A DNA stretch of 10,414 nucleotides from a bacterium (GTDB taxonomy: Bacteria > SZUA-182 > DTGQ01 > JAFGSM01), in NCBI GenBank assembly GCA_049472355.1, contig JBLIRP010000111.1:1-10414 (forward strand), read 5' to 3'. The notes under the pieces are model-generated. The model saw nothing but the letters and a program-made list of their open reading frames with translations, was not told the DNA's origin and did no database searches. Positions 1 through 7,523 of this stretch are shown here, one piece after another (within the stretch, counting starts at the first letter, position 1; the number at the start of each line of letters is the position of its first letter). The position numbers and the translations under genes are program-made.

Positions 1-166
1 AGTTGCAGTTCTTTCCGCTCGGGAGGAGATGCTATACAGGCAAGCAACCACATTCATGAAGTGGTCAACCATAGCCTATTCACCTGCTGCTTTGCAGGTA
101 TATAAAGGATAAACGAAGAAGGTTGAGATCATGACCCGGAGAAGTCCATAGCAAAAGCGAGGTTTG

Positions 167-746
167 AAATGGCTTTGATAAAATGCCCGGAGTGCAGCAG
201 ACAGGTCTCGGATCGTTCAATGTCGTGCCCGCAATGTGGCCATCTTTTGGGTAAATCAGCCGCCCCCCCCTTAGGCGACCTGCCCCAGGCGATGGCCAGA
301 AAGCCTACACCCAAAACAGGGAAATTGCTGCAGCTTATCGGTATCGTTTTCTTCCTTCTCGGCTTCTCTTTTTGTGGTGTGAGTATGGAAGCGAACAATC
401 CTGATGTGCTAATAACGGCGGAGATTTGGATGGTCTTGTCCTATGTATTGGGTACCATGTTCTTTGCCGGGGGCAGATTCCTTGCAGGGAGAAGTGCGAT
501 GCTTAAAATGGCCTCAGTAAAATGCCCGGAGTGTGGCAGACAGGTTTCGCTGCCTAAGGTACTGGCCAGCAAACCTGCGTCCAGAACAGGGAAAGTACTG
601 CAATACATCGGCCTGGTCCTCTTTTCACTCGGAGTGTCTTCTTGTGTGCTGGCTATTGGCTTTGATCTGCAGGGATCGTTCTGGTCGTCGTCTGTGCAAT
701 TATCAAGTTTCTTCGGCTTCGTGTCCTTTGTCGGCGGCAGATTCCT
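167..746 (+). repeat. Internal tandem duplication (unit 1 about 167-483, unit 2 about 506-746)
   Basis: aaatggctttgataaaatgcccggagtgcagcagacaggtctcg vs aaatggcctcagtaaaatgcccggagtgtggcagacaggtttcg. Both units share aacagggaaa and end in ggcagattcct. Confidence 0.9.
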
Positions 747-768
747 CGAATGGTGGTACACCGAATGA
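169..768 (+). CDS. Zinc-ribbon domain membrane protein built from two tandem modules
   Basis: GAGG RBS upstream of ATG169. N-terminus MALIKCPEC..VSD....CPQCG is a typical zinc-ribbon signature. A second KCPECG follows, and there are four hydrophobic segments. Confidence 0.85.
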   Translation: MALIKCPECSRQVSDRSMSCPQCGHLLGKSAAPPLGDLPQAMARKPTPKTGKLLQLIGIVFFLLGFSFCGVSMEANNPDVLITAEIWMVLSYVLGTMFFAGGRFLAGRSAMLKMASVKCPECGRQVSLPKVLASKPASRTGKVLQYIGLVLFSLGVSSCVLAIGFDLQGSFWSSSVQLSSFFGFVSFVGGRFLEWWYTE

Positions 769-873
769 GCGTCGGAGGTACCAAGAAGGGTCAATGATTT
801 GATCTTCTCTTTCGGAGTGATCTCAAAGAGTAACCGGCTGATAAGCTGATAAGGAATTGCTTTTCTGGGCAAA

Positions 874-903
874 ATCATAGGCAGGGTTTTCGATTTTTGT
901 CAA
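874..903 (-). promoter_or_regulatory. Sigma70-like promoter facing antisense into the zinc-ribbon gene
   Basis: Minus strand TTGACA (903-898), 18 nt spacer, TATGAT (879-874). Confidence 0.45.
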
Positions 904-1019
904 TGCATATATTCAAGCAAAACTGAGCAGATGGTGAGGCGGGGGATAGTGTAGCTGAGAAGGAAAAAGCCGGAGAGGAAAAGTATCCTCAAAAAGGGCG
1001 TAACAACTCCATCCTGCCT

Positions 1020-1640
1020 TTAAATCCGCCCTTGCTTCTTGAGATCCTTATACCATCTGGGATGGTGGAGGCGCGCCCAGGCTTTCGAGACCCTCCCGGT
1101 AAAGAGCAACTGAATGGACCCTGGTGCCCCGATGGTGGACAGATACACATGGGCCACAAACATGAGCACCACCATCGCCATGGCAAGATCATGGACGATA
1201 TACATCACGCGAACCAGTTCCGGAGGCATTCTGCTCGCCTGCCACATGATGAACCCGGAGACGATAAAGAGGATGCCGCTTGCGATGGTATTGTAAAAGA
1301 AGAGCTTCTGTCCCGCATTGAATTCCCCGGCCTCAGGTGCGCCCTTGAACAGACTCCCCAGATATCCCCCGGCCTTGGTGATCCATTTGAAGTCTCCCTC
1401 CTCCCACCGGCAGGGCTTCCAGAACATCCAGATCAGGAACGGGAGGAATAGGGCAAAGGGTATGGCAAAGACGTGGTGGAGCGTCTTCGTCAGGCTGGAC
1501 CCCTTGAGTATCCCGCTCACAAATGGGAACCTCGGAAGAAACAGGAGGACCCCGGTGACAAGCAGGATGCAAAAACAGATCAAATGGAGCCAGTGGATGA
1601 TGATCTCATGGGGCTTCATCCTCAGAATCTCGTCATTCAT
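1020..1640 (-). CDS. FdnI/PhsC-type di-heme cytochrome b membrane subunit
   Basis: Four TM helices with candidate heme-ligand His (HWLH, LHH, VHD, AHVY). FNAGQK motif and C-terminal GRVSKAWARLHHPRWY match formate dehydrogenase gamma subunits. GAGGTG RBS. Overlaps the upstream gene by 8 nt. Confidence 0.93.
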   Translation of the reverse strand: MNDEILRMKPHEIIIHWLHLICFCILLVTGVLLFLPRFPFVSGILKGSSLTKTLHHVFAIPFALFLPFLIWMFWKPCRWEEGDFKWITKAGGYLGSLFKGAPEAGEFNAGQKLFFYNTIASGILFIVSGFIMWQASRMPPELVRVMYIVHDLAMAMVVLMFVAHVYLSTIGAPGSIQLLFTGRVSKAWARLHHPRWYKDLKKQGRI

Positions 1641-2382
1641 CGGTCTTCACCTCGTATTTCTTCTCCTTTTTGGGCCCGATAATAAAATAGTGGGCCATGG
1701 CAGCCAGGACGGCCCCGATGATCCCGTATGTCCCGATGGGCTGAATAAACTGCTTCCACACGATGACCGACAGCGGTACCTTCGGGTCCCTGTTCAGGCC
1801 GTAGTGCTCCGGTTCCCTTTTGATGGCGTAGAGCACGTGGGTCCCCTGCAGAAAGGATTCCCCGTAGAGCCCCCCTTCCACCCCATTGGAGGAGGCGAGG
1901 ATCTCGCCGCCCTGCGTCTTGAGATCCTCAATGGTGCCGTACCGCAAGGCCCCGGTGATGCAGGTGGACACGCAGGCGGGCTCCTTTCCCTCTGCAGTGC
2001 GGTGCTCACACAGGTTGCACTTGTAGCTCTTGCCCAGGCTGCGATTGAATTGAGGCACCGAAAAGGGGCAACTGATGACGCAATACTGGCACCCTATGCA
2101 TCGCTTCTCATCCAGCACCACGGTACCGTTCGGCCTCCGGGTAATGGCGGACACAGGGCATGCCATCATGCAGGCCGCCTCTGAACAATGCATGCATGCC
2201 TTCCTGACAAAATTCTTCTGCACCGCGGGGAACACACCCTGCTCAAAGGGTTCGACCCGTACGATGAAATGCCCCTCGGGCCAGCCGAACTCCGCCTTGC
2301 ACGCCATGGCGCAGGCGTTGCATCCGACGCACCGTTCTACATCAAAGAGTATCCCGTATGAATCCTTCGCCTCATCTGGCAT
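1633..2382 (-). CDS. FdnH-like 4x[4Fe-4S] electron-transfer subunit with C-terminal membrane anchor (249 aa)
   Basis: Start reassigned to ATG2382 (MPDEAKDSYGILFD), preceded by GGAGG. Motifs CVGCNACAMAC, CMHCSEAACMMAC, CIGCQYCVISC and KCNLC..PACVSTC. C-terminal helix GIIGAVLAAMAHYFIIGP resembles the FdnH anchor. Confidence 0.93.
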   Translation of the reverse strand: MPDEAKDSYGILFDVERCVGCNACAMACKAEFGWPEGHFIVRVEPFEQGVFPAVQKNFVRKACMHCSEAACMMACPVSAITRRPNGTVVLDEKRCIGCQYCVISCPFSVPQFNRSLGKSYKCNLCEHRTAEGKEPACVSTCITGALRYGTIEDLKTQGGEILASSNGVEGGLYGESFLQGTHVLYAIKREPEHYGLNRDPKVPLSVIVWKQFIQPIGTYGIIGAVLAAMAHYFIIGPKKEKKYEVKTDE

Positions 2383-3229
2383 TTTTTTCCTCCACCGCCA
2401 CCACCCTGAAACCGGTAAAGCCGTTGCGGAATGTCGCATCAGCGCCATACCGGTTGGACACCCTGAGCATGTCCGGATAGAAGCACCACGCCCCTCCCCG
2501 GACCACCCTGAGTCTTCCTGAAGAGGGGCCGTTCGGGTCCTTTGCGGGACTCTCCTTATAGTACGTCGCACAGTACCAGTCCTGACACCACTCCCAGAGA
2601 TTTCCCGCCATATTGTAGAGGCCGAAGCCATTTGCAGGGTATGCCCTGGCAGGTGCACAAAAGGCATAACCGTCCGTGATGTTCTGGTCCGCCCAGATAT
2701 CCTTCTCCTTCTCAAACTCAAGGCGATCCGCGAAATTACACTGCGTGCCGTCGGGTTTCCGGTCGCCCCAGGGGAATGATGTGCCCTGCAGTCCGCCCCG
2801 TGCAGCATATTCCCATTCCGCCTCCGTGGGCAGGCGATAGGTTCGGCCCTCCTTTTTGCTCAACCAGGCGCAGAATTCCTGTGCATCCTCCCAGGAGACA
2901 AAACAGACCGGATACTCATCCGCAGGGGAATAGGTCTTTACGTCATTCCACTTATTCCATCGGGTGCGGCTTTCATCATAAAAGGCCTTCCATTGGGCAA
3001 CGGTCACCTCCGTCTCACTGATATGGAACGGGCTCAGGGTCACCTCATGGGCCGGCATCTCGTCCTCCCCTCCCCTGCCGTCTTCCGCGCCCATGACAAA
3101 GCTCCCCCCCTTGATCGGGACCATGTTCATCCCCAGGGAGTTTCGAAATGCCGATGCAGGCGTGGAACAAAGGAGCAGCATGGAAAGGATAACCACCATT
3201 GTGACCCATTGCTTAGAGGGCATTGTCAT
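2372..3229 (-). CDS. Exported FGE-sulfatase (SUMF1/formylglycine-generating enzyme-like) domain protein
   Basis: Motifs GGSFVMG, E.PAHEV, TEVTVAQW, VSWEDAQEFCAWLS, RLPTEAEWEYAARGG, PANGFGLYNMAGNLWEWCQD, VVRGGAW and GFRV. Signal peptide ends ASA. Start is ATG3229 (better RBS spacing) or ATG3235. Confidence 0.92.
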   Translation of the reverse strand: MTMPSKQWVTMVVILSMLLLCSTPASAFRNSLGMNMVPIKGGSFVMGAEDGRGGEDEMPAHEVTLSPFHISETEVTVAQWKAFYDESRTRWNKWNDVKTYSPADEYPVCFVSWEDAQEFCAWLSKKEGRTYRLPTEAEWEYAARGGLQGTSFPWGDRKPDGTQCNFADRLEFEKEKDIWADQNITDGYAFCAPARAYPANGFGLYNMAGNLWEWCQDWYCATYYKESPAKDPNGPSSGRLRVVRGGAWCFYPDMLRVSNRYGADATFRNGFTGFRVVAVEEKNAR

Positions 3230-3345
3230 AGGCATATCCCTTTTAACGTCAGTGCATTAATGAACATCAATATCCCTCCAAAGTTTCAAGGGATTGTATA
3301 ACGCATCGCTTTTTTTGATCTCCTGAGAATGGATTTCGGGAATCA

Positions 3346-4035
3346 TCAATCAATACCTTTTCTTTCACCATCAAAGAAGATCTTGGAAAACAGGCCCGCC
3401 TCCCGGTACAAGGGATGCCGGGTGTGAACATACACCCTATCCGAAAAATCCCAGGCCCAACACAAGAGGTGCTGCTGGAGAAAGCGTATCTGGGCATCCC
3501 GAAACCGCTCCGCCTTTTTGAGCTCCCCGTCAGTGTATGCCGCCAACTCCTTCTCGATAAGGCATGCCATGAATTCCGTTTCAATGGCGATGTGATCGGC
3601 AGGCTCCGGATGATGCTCCCCCAGATCAACGCCGAACTGCCGGTAGAACTCCCTGACCCTTACTGTGGTCTCGCCGATCACCAGATGCCCCTTGTTTACG
3701 TGGACTGATTCATAGGGCTTTGCAGGCGTCCCGTTAAAGGAATTTATAAAGAGCCGGGTATATTCCACCTCAAGGTCCAGCAGCAAATCGGCAATGCCCC
3801 GATGCACCATATCCGCAATGGACTCGAAGGCCTTTTGGGCATCCCTGCCCGCAAGGCCCATCAAATCATGGGACTCGGGTGAAAGGGTAAACGCCTTCAA
3901 GAAATGCACCGTTTCGGGTCCCGGATAACTATAGATGGTATGCAGAAGGCGATATGCAGCACACCGGGCAGTCTCCTGTTTCATCAATTCACCTGAATAG
4001 ACTATTTCCTTTTCCATAGACGAAACCATGTGCAT
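3346..4035 (-). CDS. TorD/DmsD-family molybdoenzyme maturation chaperone
   Basis: EYTRLF, PYESV and EPADHIAIETEFM motifs. TGATG overlap with the catalytic-subunit stop codon. Confidence 0.92.
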   Translation of the reverse strand: MHMVSSMEKEIVYSGELMKQETARCAAYRLLHTIYSYPGPETVHFLKAFTLSPESHDLMGLAGRDAQKAFESIADMVHRGIADLLLDLEVEYTRLFINSFNGTPAKPYESVHVNKGHLVIGETTVRVREFYRQFGVDLGEHHPEPADHIAIETEFMACLIEKELAAYTDGELKKAERFRDAQIRFLQQHLLCWAWDFSDRVYVHTRHPLYREAGLFSKIFFDGERKGID

Positions 4036-6245
4036 CAGACCTTGGAAATCCTGACCAGTATGTCGGAGTCAGCGGCGTTGGCCGAGGGGTCGTTAATTTT
4101 TATCATTTCCTGCAATGGGATATCATTCATGAGGTCACCATCATTGGCGCCATGGTAAGCGGCCCTGGTCAGGAATTTGGACCAGTGGCCATACCCATGG
4201 GGCACGCATACCGTGTCCGGACGTATTCCCTCGGTGAGAAAGGCCTTGAGAACGATCTGCCCGTACATGGATTCCACCCGCACCCTGTGCCCCTGCTTGA
4301 TCCCCAGCTCCCGTGCCTTGGCTGCGTTGATCCACACCATATTCTCAGGGACCATCTCATGGATCCAGGGGATATTCTCTGTGGTGCAATGAAAATTAAG
4401 GGGCGACCGGGTGGTGGTAAAATAGAAGGGATAGTCCTTCGTGGGTGTCAGCACCCACGCCTCCCTGAAAACAGGCAGCGGGTCGTATCCATGCTGATCG
4501 AAAAGCTGGGAATAGACCTCGATCTTGCCCGATACCGTGGGAAGCTTTGTGAGGTCCTGGGGCCGGAACCGCTTCCTGAAGGTCAAAAGCCCCATGCCCT
4601 TCAACTCCTGGTAGGTCATCTCCAGGTATTTCAACTGCTCGTTCAACGCGGCCTCACCGTGCTCCGGCATATACTCGGCGATACCCATGCGCTCTGCGAT
4701 TCCCGCCTTGATTTCATCCAGTTCCCTGGCCTCGTACAGGGGCTCCACCACCGGCTGAAACACGGAGATCTGAGGTGACTTTGCATAGAGGTTCCTCGCG
4801 TTGAGCTCCTTCCGCTCAAGATAGGTCCTATCCGGCAGAACTATGTCGGCAAGGCATGCCATCTCATCCGGATATATATTGATATTCACCACAAACGGGA
4901 CCTTTGCGAATGCCTTGGCCACGCGATTCGGGTTTGAAAAGGCAAACAGGCTCTGTTTGTAAACGATCAATGCCTTCAGGGCATAGGGGTCCTCGTTCAG
5001 GATGCCCTCGGCGATGGTGTGAATCAGTCCGTCCCCGGAAAGGGGATGGGGATTCAGCACAGGGAAATTCTCAGCCCCGTCGATCCTGAGATAGGTGTCC
5101 AGCTCCGGGGGCTCCTTTTTGGGCCGGTTCCTGACCACCCTGGGGGTGCGGGGAAAAAACATGCCTCCCACAACCTCGATGTTTCCGGTGATGGCGCAGA
5201 GGATATTCTCGGCGTGGACCAGGGAAAGGCCTTCCCGTCTCATGACATGAACGCCCCGTTTGTAGTGGGGAAGGCATGCGGGCTTGGTGGTGGCGAATTC
5301 CCGGGCGATCCTTTCGATGGTTTGCGCAGGGACGTCGCTTACGAGGGCAGCCCACTTTGGGGTTTTATCCCTCACCGACTCCGCCAGGCGGTCGAATCCG
5401 TACACGTTTTCTTCAACAAAGGCCTTGTCATAGAGCTCGTTGCGGATGATATAGTGGATCATGGCAAGGGCCACGGCAATGTCCGTGCCGGGACGGATGG
5501 GGATCCATTCCGCAGCCATGGCAGCGGTGGCGGATTGCCTGGGATCGAAGATCACCGCCTTGGCGCCATTCGCAATCCCCTCGGCAAACGGTCCGGCAAA
5601 TACGTTTTTCGCCTTACCGGGCATATCCCAGCCAAATCCGAGGATATACCTGGTTTCACTCAGATCAGGGGCCAGATAGCGCTGCCCGAACACCCCCATA
5701 TTGCCGATAACCCTGGCGCTGTTGCACTTGGTGTGATGGCATAGATCATTGGGACTCCCCAGGGCGCGCAGCAGGTCCTTGCCCACATGATATCCGAGCC
5801 ATGCGATGCTCCGTGCACCGAACTGATCCCTGGCTGTGGTGAGTTCGGCCGCAATGGTATCCAGTGCCTCATCCCAGGAGATACGCTTCCATTTCGGGTC
5901 CACCCCAACACCCTTTTCGGGGTTGGTGCGTTTGAGGGGATATTTCAACCGGTCGGGATCATACAGGAGGCTGATTCCGGCATTCCCCTTGCCGCATAAA
6001 CGGCCACGTCCATGTTGATCATCCGGATTCCCCTCCAGTTTGATCAGCCTTCCGTCCTTCACCGATGCGATCATCGCGCAATGGCTGGCACACATGCCAC
6101 AGGTGGTGTACAGCGTTGCAATTCCGGATGCATCCTGCGAGGAAGATGCCCCTTCCTGAAGGGCTTGTGCAGGCAAGGGGATAAGGCCGAGGGTGCCCGC
6201 CCCTGCGCCCATGATTTGAAGAAATCTTCGCCGTGTCAATTCCAC
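4035..6245 (-). CDS. Tat-exported Mo/W-bisPGD oxidoreductase catalytic subunit, thiosulfate/polysulfide reductase (PhsA/PsrA)-like
   Basis: GTG start with AAGGGGA RBS. Tat motif TRRRFLQ. FS0 motif CGMCASHC...LCGKG. Also YDPDRLKYPLKR, ISWDEALD, IRPGTD, ADIVLP and SGKIE. Putative metal-ligand Cys in HHTKC (compare PhsA/PsrA HxSxC). 736 aa. Confidence 0.93.
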   Translation of the reverse strand: MELTRRRFLQIMGAGAGTLGLIPLPAQALQEGASSSQDASGIATLYTTCGMCASHCAMIASVKDGRLIKLEGNPDDQHGRGRLCGKGNAGISLLYDPDRLKYPLKRTNPEKGVGVDPKWKRISWDEALDTIAAELTTARDQFGARSIAWLGYHVGKDLLRALGSPNDLCHHTKCNSARVIGNMGVFGQRYLAPDLSETRYILGFGWDMPGKAKNVFAGPFAEGIANGAKAVIFDPRQSATAAMAAEWIPIRPGTDIAVALAMIHYIIRNELYDKAFVEENVYGFDRLAESVRDKTPKWAALVSDVPAQTIERIAREFATTKPACLPHYKRGVHVMRREGLSLVHAENILCAITGNIEVVGGMFFPRTPRVVRNRPKKEPPELDTYLRIDGAENFPVLNPHPLSGDGLIHTIAEGILNEDPYALKALIVYKQSLFAFSNPNRVAKAFAKVPFVVNINIYPDEMACLADIVLPDRTYLERKELNARNLYAKSPQISVFQPVVEPLYEARELDEIKAGIAERMGIAEYMPEHGEAALNEQLKYLEMTYQELKGMGLLTFRKRFRPQDLTKLPTVSGKIEVYSQLFDQHGYDPLPVFREAWVLTPTKDYPFYFTTTRSPLNFHCTTENIPWIHEMVPENMVWINAAKARELGIKQGHRVRVESMYGQIVLKAFLTEGIRPDTVCVPHGYGHWSKFLTRAAYHGANDGDLMNDIPLQEMIKINDPSANAADSDILVRISKV

Positions 6246-6303
6246 AATCGTATCCCCTTATCGATCTTCTCCACCGCCCCGGGTGGAGGGCTCATGTGCC
6301 TTA

Positions 6304-6615
6304 TCACCCGGACTCCGCCGCCTCGTTGATAATACCGAGTTTTTTAAGGGTGATTGCCTTTTCAAGCCAATCCCTGGCTTGAGCGGAATCCCTGCTGATG
6401 TCAAGGGCCATGCGGAAATTTTTGACTGCCGTTTCATAGTAGCTGTCGGAAACCGAGAGCTTCCCGCGGGCCATGAAAAGATTGAACCGATACTCAGGCG
6501 TGACCGTTTGATCGGACCGCGCCCGGACGCGTGGAGACGATACGAGAATGAGTGAACACACAATGGAAATAACAAGGACGAGCCTGATCGTGTTGAGCCT
6601 ATTGTTTCGTGTCAT
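6304..6615 (-). CDS. Small exported TPR-like helical protein
   Basis: Basic N-region, hydrophobic core and VRA cleavage-like site. ARGK....YYETAVKNFRMALDISRDSAQARDWL fits a TPR pattern. Start uncertain (6615, 6639 or 6645). Confidence 0.7.
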   Translation of the reverse strand: MTRNNRLNTIRLVLVISIVCSLILVSSPRVRARSDQTVTPEYRFNLFMARGKLSVSDSYYETAVKNFRMALDISRDSAQARDWLEKAITLKKLGIINEAAESG

Positions 6616-6695
6616 CGAATTTACCTGATCGAGCGTCATCGTCAATGATTCGGATGGTTACCCTGACCGGAACATGTCACGGATGACTATGTGTC

Positions 6696-6751
6696 AAAAA
6701 AATTCATCAGGGGGACCGCAGGGGTGCAACATCCCGGACAGCCCCCCTGAT
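6696..6751 (-). terminator. Probable intrinsic terminator/attenuator after the rhodanese gene
   Basis: Perfect 9-bp arms ATCAGGGGG (6706-6714) / CCCCCTGAT (6743-6751) with an inner GGGATG/CACCCC stem. Followed on the minus strand by GAA and a T7 run. Confidence 0.6.
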
Positions 6752-6766
6752 TCATCATAATCGTTG

Positions 6767-7342
6767 TTACGGCCTGTCCGGGGAATAGATATACTGGGGA
6801 TCAAGATCCTGAACCTTCATCATATAATCCACGGGAAGTCTTTCCGCCTTCCAACCATTCTCCTCTTCCAGTCCGCCTAGAATATTGATCACGTCCTTAT
6901 ACCCGGCCTTGACCATCTCATCCGCTGCCTTTGCGCTCCTGCTTGAGGTGCCGCAATAAACGATGATGGTTTCATCGGGCTTTGCCAATTCTTTGACATA
7001 TTTCATGAAGTCCTGATTTTTCACGAACTGGTATCTGTTCATGGGCGCCTTCATCATCTCACCCGGGGCATACTCAAACTCCTGACCCTTCAACATGAAT
7101 TTCTCGGTCATGAACCAGTAGGGTATGTTATAGGCCCCCTTGATGTAACCCTGAAACTGGAATTCGGTCGGGGTCCTGACATCGATCACCTTTATTTTGG
7201 GGTCCTTCGCAAGCATCTCGGAGACCTCTTGAGCGCTCATATTTTCAGCAAGCTTCGCACTTGCCGCCCACACGACATCCATTGAGAAAGCTATGAGCAT
7301 TATAACCACTGCCACAATCATCCATCGTCTTAAAGACCTCAT
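6767..7342 (-). CDS. Exported single-domain rhodanese (sulfurtransferase)
   Basis: AGGAGG RBS and a signal peptide ending VWA. IDVRTPTEF...GYIKGAYNIP, active-site loop YCGTSSRS, and NILGG...W....LP. Confidence 0.93.
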   Translation of the reverse strand: MRSLRRWMIVAVVIMLIAFSMDVVWAASAKLAENMSAQEVSEMLAKDPKIKVIDVRTPTEFQFQGYIKGAYNIPYWFMTEKFMLKGQEFEYAPGEMMKAPMNRYQFVKNQDFMKYVKELAKPDETIIVYCGTSSRSAKAADEMVKAGYKDVINILGGLEEENGWKAERLPVDYMMKVQDLDPQYIYSPDRP

Positions 7343-7523
7343 GACATCCTCCTGTTTGTTTTAGGAACACTTCGATCCATGCACCCGGAAAAAATACAAT
7401 CAATGCCCGAATACGCTGTCACATGCCCTTCCTACATATTCCCGCCCCCTCTCACATGGCGGTCAATATTTTTTATTCTATAATTGAAAGGGGTATAAGA
7501 TTGGATAATTAATGAATTAATAT

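Noticed and set aside
29..112. 27-aa ORF after GGAGGAG
   Set aside because: The RBS-like sequence abuts the ATG with no spacer, and there is no other support.
441..878. 145-aa minus-strand ORF
   Set aside because: It is an antisense shadow of the zinc-ribbon gene, has no RBS, and its ATG lies within the putative -10 box.
2383..2808. N-terminal extension of the 391-aa Fe-S ORF
   Set aside because: It overlaps the FGE-like gene in another frame. A strong RBS and the family start point both indicate ATG2382.
3293..3304. CGTTATACA as a ModE box or internal promoter
   Set aside because: Only a half-site, with no partner arm and no usable -35.
4035..6245. Formate dehydrogenase or arsenate reductase assignment
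   Set aside because: No (C/U)H FDH motif, no in-frame TGA and no ArrA GRY motif. Size and motifs fit the PhsA/PsrA-like group.
6269..6306. TGA-TAA at the end of the TPR gene followed by a CTCCACC/GGTGGAG hairpin, as a possible C-terminal selenocysteine with SECIS
   Set aside because: Double stops also end the TorD and LVIVD genes, there is no redox-motif context, and Sec as the last residue is improbable. It is more likely an ordinary intercistronic hairpin.
7343..7517. Riboswitch (Moco/Wco, SAM) in the long 5' leader
   Set aside because: I could not recognise a conserved core by eye; an Rfam scan would settle it.
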